Assembly: GCA_938003985.1 (NCBI GenBank)
Contig: CALKWZ010000080.1
Span: 1-31,058 of the forward strand
From: an uncultured Verrucomicrobiota bacterium
Lineage (GTDB): Bacteria; Verrucomicrobiota; Kiritimatiellia; CAIQIC01; Lenti-01
DNA: 31,058 nt
Reading direction: 5' to 3'
Positions 22,476 through 28,036 of the stretch are shown here, piece by piece (within the stretch, counting starts at the first letter, position 1; every line of letters begins with the position of its first letter). The notes beneath the pieces are model-generated. The model was given only the letters and a program-made list of their open reading frames with translations. It was not told the origin of the DNA and did not search any database. The position numbers and the translations under genes were made by a program.

Positions 22476-25460
22476 ATGGAACACACGTGCCCGCCGTCCG
22501 CAGGACGCGATGGCAGAGGATTTCTTCCGGATTGCGCCGGGCTTTCCCGCGAAAATAACCCGCGGATTTTCCGAAGATGCCGCTTTGCGGACGACCCGAG
22601 CGCGACTCAAGTCGGCGAGCGGTCGGCCGCGGAGCGGCAGAACGGAAAAGATGCGGGTTGGTTTTCGCGCCGGCGAAATCCGGAAGAAATCCTCTTTTTT
22701 CGGCTTTCCGCACTTCTCGCCCTCGCCATCTTCCTCCTCCTCGCCCCCCTGCCCGCCGCCGCGGGCTGGGTCGAGCGGACGCCGTCCAACGTCGTGCTCA
22801 ACCTCACGTTGTTCAACCTGCCCGACCCCTCGCGCACCGACCCCTCCACCCGCGCCGAGCTCGCCGTCCAGCGCGAATTCCTGCGCGTCGCCCCCGATCT
22901 CCTCCGCGCCCGCCAGGCCGCCGCCCCCGGCCGCTACGGCGAGCTCGACCTCGCGCGCCTCGACCTCCGCCTCCACCGCTTTTCCGGCATCCAGGTCGAA
23001 GGCGTCGAGAGCACCCTGCTGGCCATCGCCGGCAACGTCGCCCCCGACGTGCTCTACGTCAATTTCCGCCAGTCGGACACCTACATCCAGCAGGGCTTCC
23101 TCCATCCCATGGATCTCCCCGAGGACGGCTATTTCTCCGCGCTCGCGCCCGAGGAAGTCGCCCGCCGGCTGCATCCCAAGATCGAGCCCGTCGTCCGCCG
23201 CAAGGGCCCCGACGGCGCGACGCACGTCTGGGCGTTGCCCGGCGGACCGCCGCTCGGCCGCGTCGTCCTCTACCGCCGCGACCTCTTCGACGCCGCCGGC
23301 GTCCCGCCGCCCCGCCCCGACTGGACCTGGGCCGATTTCTACGACGCCTGCCGCCAAGTGGCCGATCCCGCGCGCGGCATCTACGGCCTGGGCCTCTCGC
23401 GCGGCAAGGACGAGTCGTTCCTCTGGATGCCGTTTTTGTGGGGCGCCGGCGGCGACGCCCTCGCCTTCGACGAAGCCGAAAACCGCTGGCGCGCCGTGTT
23501 CGATTCCCCGCAAGCCGCCGACGCCCTCGCGTTCTACGTCCGCCTCACCACCGAGCCGTGGACCGACGCCGCCGGCAAGCCGCGCCGCGGCTACGTCGTG
23601 AAGGATACCGCCGAATCCAACCTCAAGTGGCGGCGCGGCCAGCTCGGCATGACGTTCGCCTACATCGACGAAAAGCTCTTCGCGACCCTCAATCCCGACG
23701 TCACCGGCATGGCGCCGCTGCCGATCGGCCCCGCCACGCGCGGCACCGAAATCAACGCGCGCATGATGGGCCTCTTCGCCGGCGTCACCAACCCGCTCGT
23801 GCGCGACGCCGCGTGGGAATATATCCGTTTCCAGAATTCCCCCGAGGCCGACGCCGTCCGCGTGAAGAACCTCGTCGAAGGCGGCCTCGGCCGCTTCCTG
23901 CATCCCGACCGGCTCCGCGCCCACGGCTACGAATCCGTCGCCGCCACGATCCCCGCCGAGTGGCGCGACTGCCTCGCCGTTGCGCTCGCCGACGGCCGCC
24001 CCGAGCCTTACGGCCGCAACGCCAACGTCATCTACGACATCCTCACCGTCCCCATCCGCCGCGCCGAGGAACTCGCCCTTTCCGGCCAGCTCGCCTCCGA
24101 TCCCGACGCGCGCCGCGCGCAACTGCTGGAACTTCTCCGCGACGCCCGCCGCAAAGCCGACGCCGACATGCTTGGCCTAGTCCCGCCGAAGGAACTCCGC
24201 GTCCGCCGCGCCGCCGCCGGCGCCCTGCTGCTGGCGCTCGCCGCGAGCGTCGTCCTCGCCGTCCGCCAGATGGTCCGGATTTTCCTGCCGAACAGAAAGA
24301 GTATTCAGGAGTCAGGAGTCAGGAGTCAGAATGAAATACAGAGAACAAAATCCTCCATTCTGAATCCTGAATTCTGGATTCTGAATACTCTGCGCCGTCG
24401 TTGGGTCATGACGCTGCTCTTGCTGCCCGCCGCCGCCACCATTTTCCTCTGGGGCTACGTGCCCCTCTTCCGCGGCGCGGCGATGGCCTTCTTCGACTAC
24501 CGCATTTTCGGCACCTCGACCTGGGTGTTCCTCGACAACTTCGCCAACCTGCTGTGGGATCCGGACTGGTGGCGCGCGCTGCTGACTTCCGCCCGCTATG
24601 CGTTCCTCGTCATTTCGTTGACCTTCCTCCCGCCCGTGCTGCTGGCCATCCTGCTGCAGGAAGTCCCGCGCGGTAAAATCCTTTTCCGCGTGATTTTCTA
24701 CCTGCCCGCGTCCATCACCGGCCTTGTCGTCATTTTGCTCTGGAAGACGTTCTACGAGCCCTCCGAAGCCGGCCTGATCAACCGCCTCGTGATGGCGGTG
24801 CCGGCGGCGGGCTGGATGCTCCTTTCGCTCGCCGCGCTGCTCCTCGCGCTTCATCTCGCGCGCCGCCTGCTGAACCACAATCTCTGGAAACCCGCGCTGT
24901 TCGTGCTGGCCGCCGGGCTCCTCCTCGCCGCCGCGCCGCTGGGCCCCCTGCGCGAAATCTGGCGCACCGCGCCGCCGACCGCGCTCCTCGCCACGTTGCC
25001 CGAGCCCGTCCGCTGGCTCGACGACTCGAGGACCGCGCTGTTTTCGTGCGTCCTGCCGATGCTCTGGGCCGGCATGGGCCCCGGCTGCCTCATCTACCTC
25101 GCCGCGCTCAAGGGCATCCCCGACGACCTCTACGAAGCGGCCGACATCGACGGAGCCTCCTTCACCGACAAGATCCTGTTCGTGATCGTCCCGACTTTGC
25201 GGCCGCTGCTGATCATCAATTTCGTCGGCGTGTTCATCGCCGCGTGGCAAGCGGAAGCCAACGTGCTGGCCATGACGGCCGGCGGCGCGGGCACGGAAGT
25301 CGCCGGCCTGCACATTTTCTACAAAGCCTTCATCTTCCTGCGCCTGGGTCCCGCCACCGCCGCCGCCTGGGTGCTCGGCTGCCTGCTCGTCGGCTTCACG
25401 CTCTACCAGCTCCGCATCCTCTCCCGCGTCGAATTCCGCGCGAACCGCGAAGACAAGTAG
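22476..25460 (+). CDS. Single ORF fusing an ABC solute-binding protein (family 1, sugar-type), a TM anchor and a MalF/UgpA-type permease
   Basis: Frame is open from 21891 to 25460. The only canonical in-frame start upstream of the signal/anchor segment FFRLSALLALAIFLLLAPLPAAAG is ATG 22476. SBP-like region WTWADFYDACRQV..IYGLGLSRG..WMPFLWGAGGD. TM RRAAAGALLLALAASVVLAV. Permease with LLLLPAAATIFLWGYVPLF and EAA loop YEAADIDGASFTDKILFVIVPTLRP. An internal ATG at 24408 could also start a separate permease. Confidence 0.6.
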   Translation: MEHTCPPSAGRDGRGFLPDCAGLSRENNPRIFRRCRFADDPSATQVGERSAAERQNGKDAGWFSRRRNPEEILFFRLSALLALAIFLLLAPLPAAAGWVERTPSNVVLNLTLFNLPDPSRTDPSTRAELAVQREFLRVAPDLLRARQAAAPGRYGELDLARLDLRLHRFSGIQVEGVESTLLAIAGNVAPDVLYVNFRQSDTYIQQGFLHPMDLPEDGYFSALAPEEVARRLHPKIEPVVRRKGPDGATHVWALPGGPPLGRVVLYRRDLFDAAGVPPPRPDWTWADFYDACRQVADPARGIYGLGLSRGKDESFLWMPFLWGAGGDALAFDEAENRWRAVFDSPQAADALAFYVRLTTEPWTDAAGKPRRGYVVKDTAESNLKWRRGQLGMTFAYIDEKLFATLNPDVTGMAPLPIGPATRGTEINARMMGLFAGVTNPLVRDAAWEYIRFQNSPEADAVRVKNLVEGGLGRFLHPDRLRAHGYESVAATIPAEWRDCLAVALADGRPEPYGRNANVIYDILTVPIRRAEELALSGQLASDPDARRAQLLELLRDARRKADADMLGLVPPKELRVRRAAAGALLLALAASVVLAVRQMVRIFLPNRKSIQESGVRSQNEIQRTKSSILNPEFWILNTLRRRWVMTLLLLPAAATIFLWGYVPLFRGAAMAFFDYRIFGTSTWVFLDNFANLLWDPDWWRALLTSARYAFLVISLTFLPPVLLAILLQEVPRGKILFRVIFYLPASITGLVVILLWKTFYEPSEAGLINRLVMAVPAAGWMLLSLAALLLALHLARRLLNHNLWKPALFVLAAGLLLAAAPLGPLREIWRTAPPTALLATLPEPVRWLDDSRTALFSCVLPMLWAGMGPGCLIYLAALKGIPDDLYEAADIDGASFTDKILFVIVPTLRPLLIINFVGVFIAAWQAEANVLAMTAGGAGTEVAGLHIFYKAFIFLRLGPATAAAWVLGCLLVGFTLYQLRILSRVEFRANREDK
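22515..22695 (+). other. ~180-nt near-palindromic rod-like hairpin (structured leader RNA or MITE-like element)
   Basis: Outer stem 22515-22540 / 22670-22695: 25 of 26 positions pair, including the perfect 18-mer GAGGATTTCTTCCGGATT / AATCCGGAAGAAATCCTC. Inner helices: 22548-55/22662-69, 22557-63/22653-59, 22567-73/22643-49 and 22579-96/22621-38. Apical 4-bp stem with TCAA loop at 22603-22614. Confidence 0.6.
24300..24389 (+). repeat. AT-rich 34-nt-arm hairpin built from heptamer repeats, in frame in the SBP-permease linker
   Basis: The left arm AGTATTCAG(GAGTCAG)x3AATG at 24300-24333 pairs with CATTCTGAATCCTGAATTCTGGATTCTGAATACT at 24356-24389. That gives 28 Watson-Crick pairs, 3 G-U pairs and 3 G-A mismatches, with a 22-nt loop. 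Confidence 0.7.
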
Positions 25461-25495
25461 CGGTCCGCGAAGCAACATTCGGCCAGCCCAGATTG

Positions 25496-25551
25496 TAGCC
25501 ATATCAATAGCCATATATTTATATTGCACTTCGACTCCGACGTGCTAGATT
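25496..25551 (+). promoter_or_regulatory. Candidate brnTA promoter with direct repeats
   Basis: TAGCCATAT at 25496-25504 and again at 25508-25516. TTGCAC at 25524-25529, a 16-nt spacer, TAGATT at 25546-25551. The brnT ATG is at 25558. Confidence 0.35.
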
Positions 25552-25557
25552 CAGGAC

Positions 25558-25848
25558 ATGGACAAGACGCGGTTCGAGTGGGACGACGCCAAGGATCGCC
25601 TGAACCAGCGCAAGCACGGCGTACCCTTCGCGCTGGCCCAGTACGCCTTCGCCGACGCCCGCCGCGTCGTCTTGGAGGACGAAGACCACAGCGCGAACGA
25701 ACGGCGATTCTATTGTCTGGGGAGAGTGGGCGACGGCATTCTGACCGTACGCTTCACCTATCGCGACAACGTGATCCGCATCTTTGGCGCCGGATACTGG
25801 CGGAAAGGCAAGACCATCTATGAAAAGCAAAATCAAATACACGAATGA
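25558..25848 (+). CDS. brnT: BrnT-family (DUF497) type II toxin
   Basis: 96 aa. FEWDDAKDRLNQRKHGVPFALAQYAFAD...RFYCLGRVGDGILTVRFTYRDNVIRIFGAGYWRKG matches the BrnT pattern. Confidence 0.85.
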   Translation: MDKTRFEWDDAKDRLNQRKHGVPFALAQYAFADARRVVLEDEDHSANERRFYCLGRVGDGILTVRFTYRDNVIRIFGAGYWRKGKTIYEKQNQIHE

Positions 25849-26053
25849 GCCGCTGGGCAACGTCCGGGTAGTGAAGGATTTCCTGCCCTCGCCCGAGCAA
25901 CTCGCTTTCCGGGAAGAGAAGGTCAAGGTGACCATCTCGCTGAGCCGCGCCAGCCTCGATTTCTTCAAGGCCCAGGCGGACAAGCACCAGACGGCCTACC
26001 AAAAGATGATCCGCAATCTCCTGGACGCCTATGCGCTCCAGCACGCGCGCTGA
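25820..26053 (+). CDS. brnA: BrnA-family antitoxin
   Basis: 77 aa from ATG 25820 (MKSKIKYTNEPLGNVRVVKDFLPSPEQL..KVTISLSRASLDFFKAQADKHQTAYQKMIRNLLDAY). Overlaps brnT by 29 nt. Toxin-first order is typical of BrnTA. Confidence 0.85.
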   Translation: MKSKIKYTNEPLGNVRVVKDFLPSPEQLAFREEKVKVTISLSRASLDFFKAQADKHQTAYQKMIRNLLDAYALQHAR

Positions 26054-26073
26054 TTGCCCCGCCACCGCCGGGC

Positions 26074-26101
26074 GAAACCGGCTCCGATCGGAGCCGGTTT
26101 C
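26074..26101. terminator. Perfect 28-bp palindrome, bidirectional terminator candidate
   Basis: GAAACCGGCTCCGA/TCGGAGCCGGTTTC lies between the convergent stops of brnA (26053) and rsgA (26117). Flanked by A-run/T-run ends (GAAA...TTTC). Confidence 0.65.
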
Positions 26102-26116
26102 CTTGTCGTCGTCCGC

Positions 26117-27196
26117 TCATTTTTCCCGGTGCCGGTACATGTCCTTCTGCCACTGGGCGATTTGCTTCCAGCGCGCTTTTTCCGCCAGTTGCGCGCCCAG
26201 ATCGCGCTTTTGTTCCTGGTAGGCCTGTTCGCGCCTGAGCCGCAGATAGTGCTCGAAACGCCGCGCGTCCAGGCTGCCGTCGCCGAGCGCCTGTTGCACC
26301 GCGCAGCCGGGCTCGCCTTCGTGCCGGCAGTCGCGGAACCGGCACCGCGCGGCCAGTTCGGCCACTTCCGGAAACACGGAATCGAGATCGCCGGCCGCGT
26401 CCCACGGCTGGAATTCCCGCAGGCCCGCCGTATCGATCAGGAGTCCGCCGTCCGGCAACCGGAACAGCTCGCGCCGCGTCGTGGTGTGGCGCCCGCGCGC
26501 ATCTTCTTCGCGCACCGGGCCCGTTTCCTGCCGCGCTTCGCCCAGCAGCGCGTTGACCAATGCGGATTTGCCGACGCCCGACGGCCCCAGCAATACGCCC
26601 GTCCGGCCCTCGGCCAGCCACGGCCGCAACTCCTCCACGCCCCAGCCTTCGATCGCGCTGACCGCGATCACCGCCACGTCCGGCGCCGCGGCCTGCGCCT
26701 CGCGCACCCGGCCGCCGATATCGTCGCAGAGGTCAGCCTTGTTCAGCACCGCGACCGCCTCGGCCCCGCCGGCGCGCACCAGCGCCAACGCGCGCTCCAG
26801 CCGGGCCAGGCTGAAGCCGCGCCCCGCGTCGAGCGCGCCGACCAGGAACGCGACGTCGACGTTCGCCGCCAGCACCTGCGCGCGCGTCGCGCGCCCGGCG
26901 TCCTGCCGCGCCAGGCACGTGCGCCGCGGCAAAACCGCTGCGATGCCCGCGCGATCGCAGCTCGGCCGCGGATCCACCGCCGCCCAGTCGCCGACGGCCG
27001 GCATCTCCGCTTCGCCGCTTTCCAGCGCCAGCCGGAACCGACCGGTCGCCTCCGCCGAGCGCGCGCCCGCTTCCGTCTGGAGTTCCCAAGCGCCGCGGTC
27101 TTGCCGCACCACGCGCGCCGGCTGCAATCCTTCCGCCGCGTGCGGCGCGAACGCCGCCGCCCAATCGTCGTCCCAGCCCCAGTCGCGCAGGTTCAT
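26117..27196 (-). CDS. rsgA: Ribosome small-subunit-dependent GTPase A
   Basis: Track ORF trimmed to MNLRDWGWDDDW (ATG 27196, GAGGAGG RBS). Circularly permuted GTPase motifs VLNKADL, GPSGVGKSALVNAL, DTAGLREF. Zn-knuckle CRFRDCRHEGEPGC. Confidence 0.9.
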   Translation of the reverse strand: MNLRDWGWDDDWAAAFAPHAAEGLQPARVVRQDRGAWELQTEAGARSAEATGRFRLALESGEAEMPAVGDWAAVDPRPSCDRAGIAAVLPRRTCLARQDAGRATRAQVLAANVDVAFLVGALDAGRGFSLARLERALALVRAGGAEAVAVLNKADLCDDIGGRVREAQAAAPDVAVIAVSAIEGWGVEELRPWLAEGRTGVLLGPSGVGKSALVNALLGEARQETGPVREEDARGRHTTTRRELFRLPDGGLLIDTAGLREFQPWDAAGDLDSVFPEVAELAARCRFRDCRHEGEPGCAVQQALGDGSLDARRFEHYLRLRREQAYQEQKRDLGAQLAEKARWKQIAQWQKDMYRHREK

Positions 27197-27585
27197 GGCC
27201 GTTCCTCCTCGCCCACGGGCGCGCACCCCAGCCGCTCCAAGGGGAACGGCGGCCGCGCCAGCGGCCGCAGCGCCATGGATACCAGTAGCACCTCGTTGTC
27301 GTCGCCCGCGATGCGGTTCGGACGGATCAGGCCGCACCGCTGGCAACGATGCAGGATGGTCCACTCGCCGTCGGGCCGGATGCCGATCGCGATCGGCTCC
27401 ATCGGCCCGCGGCAAGCCGACCGGCGGTCACCCGTCGCTAAATCGACGTGCAGGCTCCACAGGCAATGTGGACAGTGGTTTCGATGGACCGTCCCCGGCG
27501 CGGTGCCGGGAATGGCGCGGTCGCAATGGGTACACAGGAAAGCCGTGCCGGGCAAGCCGGCGGTCGGCGGAAAATCTCTCGTCAT
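27193..27585 (-). CDS. RNHCP-domain protein
   Basis: Track ORF trimmed to MTRDFPPTAG (ATG 27585). FLCTHCDR..VHRNHCPHCLWSLHVD..CRGPMEP..HRCQRCG. The stop overlaps the rsgA ATG (ATGA at 27193-27196). Confidence 0.8.
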   Translation of the reverse strand: MTRDFPPTAGLPGTAFLCTHCDRAIPGTAPGTVHRNHCPHCLWSLHVDLATGDRRSACRGPMEPIAIGIRPDGEWTILHRCQRCGLIRPNRIAGDDNEVLLVSMALRPLARPPFPLERLGCAPVGEEERP

Positions 27586-27709
27586 GGGAATCCAGCTCCA
27601 AACAAACAGGTTCAAACGGAAAAACGGCGCACCGGGCCGGATCCCGGGAACGGGATCGGCCGCGCCTGCAAACCTCGGGCCGGACTGTCGGAACCGGAAA
27701 CGGAAACGA

Positions 27710-27973
27710 CTAGCGGGCCGGGGCGCAGGGGCGCGTTTGCGCATTCAGATTGGAGCGGATCGCACGCATCTTTTTTTCCCTGTCATCACTGACGATGGCC
27801 GAAAAGTACTCCGTCCCCCGTTTTCCGTCAATCCCGACGCGATTCGTGATCATAATCGTAATCCTAATCTTAATCGCAATCCCGCCCTCTTTCCCGCATT
27901 GCTTCAGGAAATGGGCGATCATGCTGAAGAGCAAGATTACGAGTAGGATTACGATTATGATGGCCATTGGCAT
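27710..27973 (-). CDS. Hypothetical small membrane protein (87 aa), doubtful
   Basis: ATG at 27973, TAG at 27710-27712. MPMAIIIVILLVILLFSMIAHFLKQCGKEGG... The hydrophobic N-terminus is encoded by the AT-rich repeat arm, uses codons atypical for this GC-rich window (ATA, GTA, CTA, TTG), and no clear RBS is present. Confidence 0.2.
   Translation of the reverse strand: MPMAIIIVILLVILLFSMIAHFLKQCGKEGGIAIKIRITIMITNRVGIDGKRGTEYFSAIVSDDREKKMRAIRSNLNAQTRPCAPAR
27849..27961. repeat. AT-rich inverted repeat with hexamer periodicity
   Basis: The left arm ATCATA ATCGTA ATCCTA ATCTTA ATC at 27849-27875 pairs with 27935-27961 (25 of 27 positions, including the perfect 18-mer ATCATAATCGTAATCCTA / TAGGATTACGATTATGAT). 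The 59-nt loop contains a CTTCAG/CTGAAG sub-stem. Confidence 0.7.
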
Positions 27974-28036
27974 TCCACCGTTGTTGAACGATAGTTCAGT
28001 ATTGCAATCCGGCGGCCGCCGGCGCATGCTGGCCCC

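Noticed and set aside
22303-22481. AT-rich repeat region next to DUF721/DciA as a replication origin
   Set aside because: No TTATCCACA-like DnaA boxes are visible. No dnaA, dnaN, recF or gyrB lies in the window. The repeats are dyads rather than DUE-type 13-mers. Not excluded, but unsupported.
22515-22695. Rod-like hairpin as a confirmed transposable MITE
   Set aside because: Terminal inverted repeats are present, but I could not see a target-site duplication and cannot count genomic copies from one window. It is kept only as a hypothesis in the findings.
26054-27946. 630-aa plus-strand ORF and the 410-aa ORF 26481..27713
   Set aside because: They are antisense to rsgA and the RNHCP gene, both of which have clear motifs. 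The translations are Arg/Pro/Ala-rich.
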